Of a stretch of 64,000 nucleotides of DNA, positions 50,012 through 64,000 are shown piece after piece. This stretch comes from the human T2T-CHM13v2.0 reference genome, Homo sapiens. Location of the stretch: NCBI RefSeq assembly GCF_009914755.1, contig NC_060934.1. The stretch is one strand, 5' to 3'. Every line of letters begins with the position of its first letter. Within the stretch, counting starts at the first letter, position 1. Position numbers and translations under genes: made by a program. The notes beneath the pieces were generated by a model, which was given only the letters and a program-made list of their open reading frames with translations, did not search any database and was not told the origin of the DNA.

Positions 50012-50535
50012 GTAGGTTTTTATTATTCTATCATTTTTTACTTTTCTTTTGTTACATTTTAGGGATATTTCTTAAGGATTTCAAAAGACTATAGAGGCAT
50101 TCTTAAATTTTAAACCATTTCTGTGAAGGAAAGAGTTGTAATTTATTTTCTACTTTGATAATAGATTTCATAATTTATAAGCATGAAAAAAGCTTTATGT
50201 CTTTTAGTGGACAGTGTTCTGTATTATGGCAATTAAGTGCATATGAGCTAGGACCCCTAAGAGAGAACACACAGAAATAGGAGTAAATGGCCATCTGCAT
50301 ATTCCCTTTAATACTATTATAATCCTCACCACAAGTTTTCTTTTTTAAGCAAGAAACTATTGGCTGCATTTTAACCACAATTTTTAAATTACCCCTTTCA
50401 TTTGGAGCTACATTTATTTAAAATAGGAGTTTCTAGGTCAAGGCTGTCTTGTAGACATTAAAATGATGTTTTTATTATTAGAATGAATCTTGTACATGTT
50501 GGAAAAAGTCTTTATGTTAGAATTTATCTTTACAG

Positions 50536-50659
50536 ATACTGCAAACAATTTAGTTCACCCTCCCCTTATTCCTTATACTGATTTCTATAATTCTACATTG
50601 GATCACATTGATCTCATGGAAGAATATCATACTTGGCAAAACTTTGGAAACTCTCACAG
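50536..50659 (+). CDS. HECTD2: HECTD2 exon 10: TANNLVHPPLIPYTDFYNSTLDHIDLMEEYHTWQNFGNSH(R)
   Basis: ttacag acceptor, gtatga donor; 124 bp. Confidence 0.95.
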
Positions 50660-50942
50660 GTATGAACAAAAGTTCCTTTGATTATCCACCTAAATGAAAT
50701 ACTATTCAAAAGAATGACTAGAGTTTAAGTTTATATGAAGTTTACACATACGTTTACATATAAATGTATAAATATAGTTCAGATAGCCTTGAAATATCAT
50801 ATTTATTAAAGTATTTTCTTTTTCTGCTACATTTTGAATTTATGTACATGTTAATTTGGTTTTGGTTTGGTTAATAGCATCTTTTCAAGAAGGGAGAGGT
50901 TCTATCTTAATATGCAGTCTCTTATCTCTTACTATTCTATGC

Positions 50943-51152
50943 ACAGGGGTCAGCAAAACTTTTTCTGTAAAGAACTAGATGGTGAATATTTTCAACACTA
51001 TAGGTTACACAGGTTCTATTTTGCTATTTTAGCACAAAAGTAGCCTTAGACAGGATGTAAATGAATAGATATGTCTGTGTCCCAAATGACTTTATTTACA
51101 AAAACAGGTTGTAGGCCATATTTGTCTTAGGCCCATGGTTTGCAGATGCATG
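50943..51152. mobile_element. MER58A (hAT-Charlie)
   Basis: caggggtcagcaaaactttttctgtaaag...actttatttacaaaaacagg. Confidence 0.75.
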
Positions 51153-53037
51153 ATCTAATATATTGATCACACACAGACACACACATACATTCATTTCTCA
51201 TTTCTTTTGTAAGAAAAAGTGGTTGTCCATTAGGTGCAATATAAAAAGAGTAGATGTTACAGAGAAAGGGCCTTACCACAGCTTATTTATTATAATAATT
51301 AATAGATTTGTAAAACAGTCACCAAATTATTTAATACACTGCACTTTATATCCACACTTCTAGTTTGGATTAAACTAGCAAGACTATTCCAAACATAATT
51401 TATCCTCAGGTCATGAGATGTTCAGGAGATTGCATTTAATTGTAGAGGAATCTGAGTAAAGAGATACAGTGTGGATATAAGTAACCTCAAAACCCCAGAT
51501 TAGTTTGTAAATTGGTTAAACTTTCCAGGGACCCTCTTTATCAGAATTGGCCTGAAACATAGAATGGGCTTCTGGACACATCTCATTTCACATCTGAACA
51601 CTCAGAACTGAATAAGAATAAGAATTTAAGTTCTGGGCACCCTAGTCCCAGATGGATATTTTCTTGGCAATGTTTACTTTACAAAGATACTTTTTCCTTC
51701 CATTTTAATATAATTGTAATGTGTTGTAGATACAACCACAAAACAGCGCCAAGAATTATTATGCATATTTCACTGACAACAACATCTTTTAATATAGAGC
51801 TTCCTCTAACAACTGTGCCACAACACTGGTGTACCAAGAATGAGTTACATTAGGGTTTTAATCCTAGGATCCTGTCAACCCTTGGGTAGCCAGCCTGAAC
51901 CTAGAGGGGAACAGGAGCCCTATGGCAAGTGATCTCTGGCCATGAGCAGCTTCATCTGTTCATTTCAGTGTATCATTCACAAAGTATCATTTCTCTTGTG
52001 CATAACAAGGGAAAGGTTGAGAACCCCTGTCCTAAAGTACATAGTAAAACTAATATATATCTTACTGAGTTCATTGCATTTTCTTTTTATTTCCAATTTT
52101 TTGTTAGCATTAATGATTCAAAATAATTATATACCAGTACTGAAGAACTCTCAACTTTTATTAACAATTTTGTCCCATGGTAAAAGCCATCTCACTTTCA
52201 GTTTACACTAAGGCTATATCCATTTTCCTAATAATGCCTTTTTTCTCAGTGGTCACAGTTGTACCACCTGACTATGCTCAGAGGGATTCCAGCTGTAACT
52301 GATAGATTCACTGTAGTCACTTTGAATGGCAATCTAACTCCAGAAGTGTCATTGCTGCCATATTCATTCTTTCTAAATGCATTTATCTCTGTGTAGTTTG
52401 TGGCTTTTGTGCATAGCATAGAATGTTCTAGCCCAGGAGGGGTTATTTTCATAACCTTTTTATAATGTGTAATTACAAATACATACCATTTCCTATTACC
52501 ACACCATTAAATATAATACTAAATGTAACATACATTTCTGATTTATTTTTATTGGTCTTAAATATATTACTTTACTTTTTACATACTGTAGTTATTGTTA
52601 GATTTTTTCATTTCTGGAACTCACACATCAGAAGTCACCATATAATGATGGATTCTTATATTAATTTTGAGCACCTGGGTTTTCTGTACTACTTAACCAA
52701 CACTTCTCCCTCCTGGTTCTGGTATTGGCCATGTTGTTCACAGGTGATGATATACAATGAAATTATTTGTATAGACAATGTAAGTGGTTAGCACACATTC
52801 AGAACCTTTGATGTAGCTTCTGCAGAGAATAAAGGCATTGCACATCTAGTAATGATACATTCTTCACATGGCTGTGAGAATTAAAAGAAATTATACACAT
52901 ACAATCATTTTGTATATGGTAAAACACAATCCAAAAGTAATGTTTTATATTGCTACAAGGGGTACCTTAGATTCCCTTAGTATAATTTTGTTAAAAATAC
53001 ACCATTTTGCTTTTTCTTTTTTTCACTTGTTGAGCAG

Positions 53038-53134
53038 GTTTTCCTTCTGTCAGTACCCATTCGTTATTTCTGTAGCTGCAAAAAAAATCATTATTCAGAG
53101 AGACTCAGAGCAACAGATGATAAACATCGCAAGG
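53038..53134 (+). CDS. HECTD2: HECTD2 exon 11: FSFCQYPFVISVAAKKIIIQRDSEQQMINIAR
   Basis: gagcag acceptor, gtaagt donor; 97 bp; FSFCQYPF is a motif found upstream of HECT domains. Confidence 0.95.
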
Positions 53135-55814
53135 GTAAGTCAGCTATAAAAACATATTTATGCTGACTATAATCAGTATAGTAAATAATTTAATAAATAA
53201 TTTAAATGTCTTGTGAATTGTTCTAGCATAATCAGGAATGTTAAAAGCAAAATTCGTGTTATACTCACCCAAAAAGTGCTTAAAAACTATTTACAATTTG
53301 GGAGACAAGATAACTCTCATCTCTTCTGATCAACTTCTCATTATATTATAAATATAGTAGGAAGAGTAAATGCTTCTCACAGATTCAAATTACTGAGAGC
53401 TTGTTGGACCTCGTTTTGCAGATACCATACCACCAACCTTAGATAACCAGCAGAGCATTGAGAACTGCGGTGAGGCAGAGTGTCATTAGGCAAACCACTC
53501 AAACTACTGAAACATTTTCTAGGTTTTATGAAAATCAGAAACAACCGAAAAATTAGAAAATGTAACAAAAAGTGTGTCTTGGAGAACTGAGAAATATGCC
53601 CAAAGAAGGTGAAAGATGTTTTATTGGTTCTTAGGAAACCAAAATGCATGGAGACCCAAAGAGGCTGGGGATAGCAAGCAGACTGAGTTTAGGCAAATTG
53701 TAGAGCAGTATGAAGTTATCTCTCAGTCTGTCCTTACCACTTCCTATCCCTTGTGTTTCAGCTCAGCACAGTAATGTACTTTATCTAATAAATATCAGAT
53801 TCAGTGAGGTTTTTCTGTTAGAGCTCTAAACTATTTGTTTAAGTGCTTATGTATTTCAAACATCTGCTTGTGTTACATGATTGCTCACAATTTTAAAAGA
53901 GGGAAGCTTGGCTGTGGTCTTCTTAATTGAAAAAGGAATATAGAGTAAAAAGAAATGATTTCCATCTTGTTCAAGAGTATAAAAAGAATCCTAAAGCATA
54001 AATTGTAATACTTCAAAATGCTATAAAAAATAAGAATGTTTATTCTTCAGTAATTCAGTTCCCAGAAGGTGAGTATTTCTTTCTATCACAGAGAAGGACA
54101 AAAGATTTGAGTAACTGGTGACATCCCAAAGTCATCTTATACTGAATATGGGAATATTAGAAGAAATTTTATTGCCTATGCCCATCAAGGGAATTCCAAA
54201 GCCACACTACCCCCCTGAAGAATGAGTTTAAACAGGTATATTCAGCACCAGAATTGTTACTTGATCTTGGGTAGATATTGGCTCAATGATTAGCTGTATA
54301 GCTACTCATTCTGACATTTTCTGTTAGTTGTACTCGTACAATGTCATGTGCCTTTTTAGTATTTTTTCACCTTGGTCTATGATTTTTTTATATTTGTAAG
54401 AAAATCTACAGTGCTTTTGTACGTAACAGAATGAGCTAGTTTGTGTTAAACTAGCAAGACTAAACAGTTTTTTCTGTGTCACTCACAGGATATCAAATAT
54501 CTTTTTGTGGAATTTTTCTTCTACTTTAAAGAAGGAGAATGGCAGGTGTAGACTCTGTGACAGGCTAAGTTTTCTACAGAGCATGCAAACGAATGAGTAG
54601 ACACTTGACATTGAGAGCTAAGTGGCATTATCAGTTTTTTATGGGTGTTTCCCAACATTTTATCTCATAAATTGCCATATCACTTGGAATTAATGACTGA
54701 TGACTATTTTGACACAAGGACAATCTTACAAATAGTCAGTGTAAGCAAGAGCTTATATGGTACAATCTAAATATACAAAATTGGTTTCCTAACCTAAAAT
54801 AAGTTCCTCAGTCACAGTGTCAAGAATTGTATCATTGTTGGGTTATTTTTTCATTTGGAGCATTTTCCAGTAAATATGAATTCCTGATGGGAGGAGTAGC
54901 TACTAATCTTGTTTGCCATTAGCATCCTAGCATAAATTTGTTTATTAGTTATTTCCAATGTGACAGCTGCCCAAGAGCTAGACTGGGAACAGAAGATAGG
55001 AAAAGGTAGGAAAAAACGGTCTGTAACACAGGACACTATGCTAGGAATGCAGACTTCCTTGATAAGTGAGGACACAGAAATAAAAGGCTGTTAATAGCAT
55101 TTAGCGTTGTATATAGGAGAAATGGAGAAAGCTCCAAATTAGTGTTTTATTATAGTAATCTTCAAAATTGTAAGTAGCCTTAAATTGTAGATTTGTGATA
55201 CTAAAATTTTATCTATTAAAGCAAATTGCTGCATGTATTTAAAATGTCTGAAATGTTTATCTTTAATCTGCACAATAGTTTTCATTGTTACCAAAAAAAG
55301 ATATAGTCTAATAAAGACTATTTAGATAAATATATAAGCCTGTGGATTTTATATGACAAATGACATATTCCTTATAGATATTTTTAAATATATTGTTTTT
55401 TACCTATTCAGTGCTTATATTTTGAAAAACGGTGACAAAAGAATTTTGAGTCACTCATATCTCTATCCCCCAAGCAAAGCCATTAACATTTTAGTAAATT
55501 TTCTTTTGATATTTGTTCTATATTATCTTTAAAAGACAACAGAGTTGAAATAGTACTGTAAACACAATTTTATTTCCTACTTTCTTCAGTGTACCTTCCT
55601 TGTACTATTTACATAGTTTTTATGACCATCCTTTTTTTCATTAGTTGTATATGTACTTAAGATATTTCTAAAGTTTTGTTTTTATAGATAATGCTGTGAT
55701 AAACATTGTACTGTATAAAATATGTTCTAAGAATTCTCAGTGGAAGGATTATTGGGATAAAGGATATGAATATTGTGATGGTCTTTGATACATGTTGACA
55801 AGTCACTTTTGTAA

Positions 55815-56329
<515 letters not shown>

Positions 56330-56556
56330 TTATTTTTGGTCCTCCACTTTGGATCCCCTTTGGTTATCATTGTTACAAAATGAAATAATAATAAGCCATT
56401 TTCACAAATCAAAATGTGTATAATTGATTTTTATAAAATTGTTTATATAAGAAATGGCATAGATAATAATTGTTATTTTTACTAAAGTGTTTAAATGTTT
56501 TAAATGAAATTATAGTCTAAGTAAAAGCAAAACTGTTTACTTTCTTATTTAATCAG

Positions 56557-56664
56557 CAAAGTCTGGTGGATAAAGTATCTCGAAGACAGAGACCTGATAT
56601 GAATATATTATTTCTAAATATGAAAGTAAGACGGACACATCTGGTTAGCGATTCACTTGATGAG
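56557..56664 (+). CDS. HECTD2: HECTD2 exon 12: QSLVDKVSRRQRPDMNILFLNMKVRRTHLVSDSLDE
   Basis: aatcag acceptor, gtataa donor; 108 bp; the VRR..LV.DSL motif marks the HECT N-lobe start. Confidence 0.95.
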
Positions 56665-57189
56665 GTATAATTTATTCCAAAATGATATTAATTAAAGCTT
56701 AAAATTCTATAATATGATTATTATAAAAATCATAGTAAACTTTTTTATTTCTGTATGCCAATAAGTGTGCTTCCTTAAATTCTTTTGAAGATCTTGTTGC
56801 ATACCAAGCTTCTGTAAAGTTTGATACCATAGTTAAAATCAGATCTGTATTCATAATTGTCTTATATTCATGTTTGTATGTTTATTAATAGTTTGTTAAT
56901 TCCCTAGAAAAGGATTTGATGTAGAACACTTAAATGAGTAATTCATGTTTCTTAGTATATAACCTAGATTCCAGACCCACCTTTGTTCCTGGTTATGTGT
57001 GTAACAAGTCATTTAACTTCTCCAGGTCTCAGACTACACATCTATAAAATTAGAGGTCTGACCTACAGGGTATATTGGGTCTATACAGGTTCTAACATAC
57101 TTTGATTGCATTTTCATGTATTATCATAAAAAATGCTTCAGCTAGATCTTAATATGGTTATTAGAAGATAATGGCTGATTCCGCTATGT

Positions 57190-57366
57190 GATTTATTTAT
57201 TTATTTATTTTTGTGACAAGTTTTATTTTGTCACCTGGGCTGGAGTGTAGTGGTACAATCAAAGCTCACTGCCGCCTCAAACTCCTGGTCTCAGGGTCTC
57301 AAGCCATACTCCTACCTCAGCCTCCCAAATAGTTGGGATTACCAGCTCATGCTACCACACCCAGCC
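57190..57366 (-). mobile_element. Alu monomer (FRAM/AluJ right arm)
   Basis: (ttta)n tail, ctgggctggagtgtagtgg...cctcagcctccc. Confidence 0.75.
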
Positions 57367-57708
57367 CTAGCTATGTGATTTTTTAAAGTTTAGCATTGAA
57401 GGGGAGTTTTTTTTAAAAAAAGAAATGAATTATATTGTGCTAAATTAAAAATTTGAAGGCAGTAGATACCAGGAGGTAGTACTTTGGGTGAAGTACCTGA
57501 CCTCTCTAATTCTGTTTCCTGATCTATAAGACATAGTAAACACCTAGCTCACACAGTGTCTGGCAGATTTATTGGATAAATGGAGGGATGGAGTTTTGTA
57601 GCATTGCAAATAAGTTAAAGACTGCCTAACACATTTCCCAGAATTAAAAATGTTAATTCTCTTTTCACTGCTCTTTGTTCTCCTCTACTGTATAATATCT
57701 TCAAATAG

Positions 57709-57841
57709 CTAACCCGGAAAAGAGCCGATTTGAAAAAGAAGTTAAAAGTTACATTTGTAGGGGAAGCTGGTTTGGATATGGGTGGTTTGACTAAAGAATG
57801 GTTCCTTCTTCTAATTCGCCAAATTTTTCATCCAGATTATG
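57709..57841 (+). CDS. HECTD2: HECTD2 exon 13 (HECT): LTRKRADLKKKLKVTFVGEAGLDMGGLTKEWFLLLIRQIFHPDY(G)
   Basis: aaatag acceptor, gtaagt donor; classic HECT motif F.GE.GLD.GG..KEWF. Confidence 0.97.
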
Positions 57842-58776
57842 GTAAGTATGTAATCTAATTTTTATAAACTGTGTTTCTTCATAATTGTTAGAGTGAAGTA
57901 GTCACCCTTATTTTTAACCTATTCTGTGATTTTACAGACTTTTTGTCCATCGTAAATGTTGAATAATTGTTTAAGGACTGTTATTTACATTTTAAAAACT
58001 TGTTTGACCGAATTGTTGATCAGTTGATTCTCTTACTGGGAATCCTACACAAAATGTATCAAGATTAAAAGTAAACATTTATGAGGAAACATCCATATCT
58101 TTTCTGAATAAGTCAAATGCATGAAAATTTAATTTGTCATTGAAATAAACATTTGAAATTAAAACACAAAACTATAGTTTGCTCTATAGTAACATTTAAA
58201 GCCTCTTTCATTAATGGGTCATTTTAATAAATAAGAATTCATGAATTAATTTTTTAAGAAAAAATAAGCCTTTGAAATTTTTTATTTTACAGAAACTACC
58301 TGTATAATCCTTACTATCTGTTAAACTTTTCAAAGGAGAATTTTCAGTGTTTTCCTTATTCTTTAGTTTTCTTTTCTATATGTGTATGTGATGGGAAATA
58401 GGGATGACAGTGATAAATTGAAGTCTCCAGATATCCTCAAAATTAATTTTGATCATAATTTATAATCTATGAAACTATACTTTTTATAAAGTTATCTGAT
58501 TCATTTAGTTTCTATCTTTTTACCCTGTTTCTACCCTTGGTTCAGGAAAATAAAATGTTCTCCATATATATTTAATATATATATTTATATTTGCTGAGAT
58601 TTGCAAATATATAGTCCCATAAATAATCCAAAATTTTTAACTTGAAAGATGGTTTGTAACAGAATTATTGTTGAATTGATTAGCTTCTAATAGATGAGAT
58701 GTCATGTACATGTTTACCACTTTGATTTTTTTAAGTCAATCATGTTAATAATAACATTATTCGTGTGTTTTTTTAG

Positions 58777-58865
58777 GCATGTTTACATATCACAAGGATT
58801 CACACTGCCATTGGTTTAGCAGCTTTAAATGTGATAACTATTCTGAATTCCGATTGGTTGGAATT
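58777..58865 (+). CDS. HECTD2: HECTD2 exon 14 (HECT): MFTYHKDSHCHWFSSFKCDNYSEFRLVGI
   Basis: ttttag acceptor; U12-type donor GTATCCTTT at 58866; 89 bp. Confidence 0.95.
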
Positions 58866-61570
58866 GTATCCTTTAAACTTTCCACTAGGAGGTGCTAATA
58901 GATTAGAGATTTTTAAAGATTTTATCTGTATTTTAGAAAACTGTTTTCTTTAGCCATTTTATCCAAATTAAATGTTATTGTCAAATGTACTATTAGATTT
59001 TCAGTAATCTTCATTATGTGTAATATATGTCAGTAGACTTAATTGAAAGAAATGAGAGTTTGATTTTTTTCTGAAAACCTTATCTCAAAATAAAAATGGT
59101 TCTTTCCTATTTCACATATAATTGAAGTTATCACTAATTTAAGGCATTTTTTAAAAAAAATCAAAGTATTTCCCATTTATAATGAAGTATTTTTTTTCTG
59201 TTCTTTCACTTTGTGCTCATTTCCCTCAGTTTACTGAATTGAAATTGGGGGAATTAAATCTAGCTCTTTAATATGCCTCCAAATCCTGAAACATAAAGGA
59301 AGCATCCATAAAAATTGAATGGAATGGGAATATTTAAAGCATATAGTATTATTTTATAGTATTTTTAAAAATTTTATAAGTCCATCTGCAATCCTATGAT
59401 TCCTATCAGGTATATTGTAGAGGGCATTTCTGCATTGGGTAGGAGATTGGACAAGATGCCTTCTACATTAGCTTTTTAGATTCCAAGAAATGTAATTGTT
59501 TGTGGAAGAAAGGAGGGAAGAGTAAATAAATAAGCACTGGAGATAAGAAAGTATAAAAGGGGTGGGGGGGAATTCTTAATCTGTTCTCAGAGTCAAATGA
59601 CCATATGGCAGTAAGTACTAAGGAGTTCTGAGAAGGAAAATATACAATGTATTTTTCCCAGAGAGGATAGAGATTTAAAAAATGGAACAATTACATTTGA
59701 TTAATATATGGCTGGTGAGAGTGGTGGGACATTATAAGCTGAGAGAATGGTGAGAATAAAAAAGGCTAAATTGTGCTGGGCTTGGTAGAGAGCAGCAGCA
59801 AGCGCACTGAAAGTTATGGAAAATACCATCAGAAAATGAATGAAGAGCCATCTTTGAATGTCTGTCTTTGTTACATCTGTTGGAATAAATTATGAGACAT
59901 ATATATGGAAACTGAGAGACCAGATTAATAAAAGAAAGTGTAGTAGGGAACAAACTACACATTAAGATAGTAAACTCAACTTGAAATTTTGTATATATTG
60001 TTGTGTCTAAAGGTCCAAAGTGCTAAATTCCACAAAATGAATAACGCTTAACAATTCTGAGACTCCTGTTTATATTCTAGTATCTGCAGTAATCATTTGT
60101 TGAATGTTTCATCTTCATTGAAGGGCCTAATCATTGATGCTTGTCACTATACTATGAGCTATTTATATGTTCATACATATATGTTTGTCATGCTTTATAT
60201 TCATATATCACAATTTAGATTTGGATGATATTTTGACTCTAATATTTACACTAAAATATTATAGCTTAGTTACATTTTTAAGTGATACTATACATAAAAT
60301 CATGAAATTGCTCATTGTTTTTTTTGCAATAGATATTAGTTTCTATTTAGTCATTACCCAAAAGAGCATATTAAGCATGTTTAGATATTCTATATTTCAA
60401 GTTAAACAATTAAATCTAAAAATTATAATTGCTACTCTCATTATTATGTGTGTTTATCACACACACAGATATAAAACCTATAGAAAGCTAAATTGATGCT
60501 GTAAAAAGCATAATACTATATAGGAGAAATGTGAGATGAGAGTGGATTGTGGTCAGGTAAGGAGTTGGGAACTGAAATTTGAGAAAGAACAGGTATGAAC
60601 ATTGAGAAAATATAGTTGGTTTCATATATATCTCCAGTTTTAAAATTTCAGGACCAAAGATGTGTTGTTCTAGTAGTTCTGACAGTATTGTGTTTCTAAT
60701 ACAATTATTTTGAAGTATAAGGCCTTATTATCAGACTTCATTACACCTTAGCAAATTGAAATTTTGGTGGTCTTCCAATTTTTAAAAGTTATTTTCAGTA
60801 ATTTACCCAGCTCATATGTTTAGATTTCCTTATGATCCTATAAAATGAATTACTTCCTTAATAACTTTATATAATAATTGACTGTTGAAATACTATGAAA
60901 TTTGATCTAAAACCTCTCTTTCCATAAATGGATAAGTTACATTCCACCATATGACTAATAAATAATCCTGAGCAAAATTTGTAACATCTGTAGCTTTTTA
61001 ACTTTGACACTGAAACTCCAAGTAACATAAGTCTTTCAAGTTTTACTGTTGGAAATTACCTATCCTATTAGCTTATCAATAGCATGTTTATATCCATATG
61101 TTTATTCAGTTTAGCTCTGTTCTTCACACATAGTCTGTTTTTAATTTTAAAATAAATAAAATGGCTATCTCCAAAATCAGTATTCTACAGTGAGATCTAC
61201 TGAATAAACCATTGCTGCTGCTTATAAAATTGCCAGCATCTTTGTTTAAATTTAGAAAATGTTTTCTGTAAAATAATTACAGGCAAGTCTTAAGTTGCTG
61301 CCTGTTGTGATCTTAGATAAACTTTTCTAGGGAAATCATTGAATACTATCAACTAAACCACTCCTTTTTACATGACTTTTTGTAATCAAGGAATTATATT
61401 ATGTAAAATAAAGGGGAAATAAATGAAAGAGGGGAAAGGAAATATGTGATACTAATTAGAAAGTCAGTGTTAAATCTGAAAGAAGTATGCAAAAAATAGA
61501 CTGATGCATAATTCAGAACTCATTTGTTGTCATGGATTTTATGTTAATGCTTAACATTTAGTATGCATAG
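58866..61570 (+). other. HECTD2: U12-type (minor spliceosome) GT-AG intron
   Basis: 5' splice site GTATCCTTT; branch-like TGCTTAAC at 61548-61555, about 15 nt before the AG at 61569-61570; no polypyrimidine tract. Confidence 0.9.
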
Positions 61571-61729
61571 CTTATGGGACTAGCTGTTTATAACAGCATC
61601 ACCTTGGATATTCGTTTCCCTCCCTGCTGTTACAAGAAATTATTGAGCCCTCCCATCATTCCTAGTGATCAAAATATACCAGTAGGCATCTGCAATGTTA
61701 CCGTGGACGACTTATGTCAAATTATGCCT
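61571..61729 (+). CDS. HECTD2: HECTD2 exon 15 (HECT): LMGLAVYNSITLDIRFPPCCYKKLLSPPIIPSDQNIPVGICNVTVDDLCQIMP
   Basis: catag acceptor, gtaagt donor; 159 bp; overlaps ORF 61574..61849. Confidence 0.95.
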
Positions 61730-62322
61730 GTAAGTATAAAGTTATTAATATCTTGTCCTTTAATGCGAAATCATCTTTTTTCTACCTGCACAGTCTCTCC
61801 TCCTAATGCTATTCTTACTTTTAAATATGGTTTCCTTCTACCTTTATAACTCATCTCCTTTTTTCATCTAGCTTTTTCTTTCCTTAGAGACACATGTCAC
61901 CCACTTTGCAGTGCTCCTAAGCTTTTACAAGATAGAGAGGCAGTAATTCGAATCCAGGCTCTGTCACTTACTAGCTCTGTGAATTTGGACAAGTTATTTA
62001 ACCCTTCAATTTAGTTTCTTTATGTGAACAATGGGATAGTTTTTATTAATAATTTTTAAATGATGACAATTATATCAAATCTGTGCCAGCCTAGATTTGT
62101 ATGAAAATTTGTGGTTTTAAAGGAATAGAACATTTATTATGTAAAATATAGAAAATCATTCTAATCATGCTATTATTTACCTTTTTCTAATAATTTAAAA
62201 TAAAACTTTAATTTTTTCATAAAAATTAAATTGAAAATTTTGAAATATTGGATCAATTTTTCTATTTTTAAATCTTTATTTATGGATAATTTCAATTATA
62301 ATATAATGTAAGAAAATCTTTC

Positions 62323-62962
<640 letters not shown>

Positions 62963-63461
62963 AACCAGAAAATGTTTCTTTCAGTATACTTAACTTTTTC
63001 TTGGGAGGGGAGGGCACTGTGCATGTATGAACTGTATATTCATGAATGCACATGAATGAACTGTGTGTTTTATGTTTAAAATATGAATCCAAAAACATTA
63101 GCAGATTTTCATAGGAATATAAATTGAAAGTGAGAAATACTACAAATTCATAAACAGTAATGTGGCAGATAGCAGTGAATTATGACAGACACTACATTAG
63201 AGGTATGCTTAGCTTGCTGCTTAAGAGTAGACCCCAGAGTTATGCCCCTGTAGTTTGAACTGGATAGTTTCCCCATCTATGACCTATAATGATTTTTTTC
63301 TTAGCCTCTGGATGGTAGAAATCATTAACCATTTTGTGCCCTGGAAAATACATGTCAAATATGATCTTTATATACATATGCATGAGCTATAGAAAAGCCA
63401 CTTCATTATCCTAGCTAATGCTATTCTATTGAAAAAATCATTAACAGATTTCTTTTTATAG

Positions 63462-63536
63462 GAGTTGGCCCATGGATTAAGTGAACTCTTATCACATGAA
63501 GGCAATGTTGAAGAAGATTTCTATTCAACATTTCAG
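63462..63536 (+). CDS. HECTD2: HECTD2 exon 16 (HECT): ELAHGLSELLSHEGNVEEDFYSTFQ; the gene continues beyond the window
   Basis: tttatag acceptor, gtacta donor; 75 bp. Confidence 0.95.
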
Positions 63537-64000
63537 GTACTATTAAGGGCAAGTAGTTATCTGTTAATCATATATTTCATATATGAACAGTGCAATTTGT
63601 TATTAAATACCCACTGTTAGAAAAGATGAACAAGGATTAACCAATACATACAATCCTCTGTCTTAAAGGACCTTAACCTGATAAAGTAGACATGTGTAGA
63701 TGAGCAGTCAATGAAAGTGCTTAATGAAATTCACTAAGGGTTCAGAGTACTCTCTAGGCAATTACATATCCCCTTGAGTTGGTTACTTTCTCAGAGCTTT
63801 TTAGTTTCTAAAAATAAGCCTCTCCTGTAACTTCAACATTAGAAGCTAGGAGTAGAAACTAATGAGTCAGACCAAAACTCTCTGATTTCCACTCCTTTTA
63901 CAGTATTTGGGAAATGGACATTACAGTGATCTGCAGAGCTCCAGGGACCCGCTGTGTATTATCTAGATGTCCACACAGTTTTGTGGACTTCATTAAAGTA

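Noticed and set aside
53032-53037. NAGNAG tandem acceptor (GAGCAG) at exon 11
   Set aside because: An upstream GAG is rarely used as an acceptor; no evidence from sequence alone.
63904-64000. Acceptor-like cttttacag at 63903 as the next HECTD2 exon
   Set aside because: The downstream translation does not match the expected continuation (VFQEEFG...), and no donor is visible within the window.

Overview
Primate, almost certainly human, genomic DNA (it contains an AluYb8-type insertion). It covers the middle of the HECT E3 ubiquitin ligase gene HECTD2 on the + strand. Fourteen coding exons (inferred exons 3-16) splice in frame from 25782 to 63536, and the intron between exons 14 and 15 is a minor-spliceosome (U12) intron. 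There is also a frame-preserving 12-nt microexon candidate at 49690-49701. The first ~25 kb is one L1-packed intron. Its most striking structure is a head-to-head pair of old L1PA7/8-type elements (3446-9391 on -, 11272-16888 on +). These are near-identical over 3.1 kb (5815-8942 vs 11385-14512) but diverged elsewhere, and they flank a 2.4-kb spacer, so they form a gene-conversion-homogenised inverted repeat that could invert the spacer and fold into long intronic dsRNA. Other notable items are a TMEM230 processed pseudogene, two ~155-bp templated insertions copied from nearby introns, an SST1/MER22-like fragment carrying an AluYb8, a very young AluYk-type insertion and two Alus stacked in one target site. 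Most ORF-track entries are L1/Alu debris. Repeat subfamily names and exon numbers come from recall, not from a database search.
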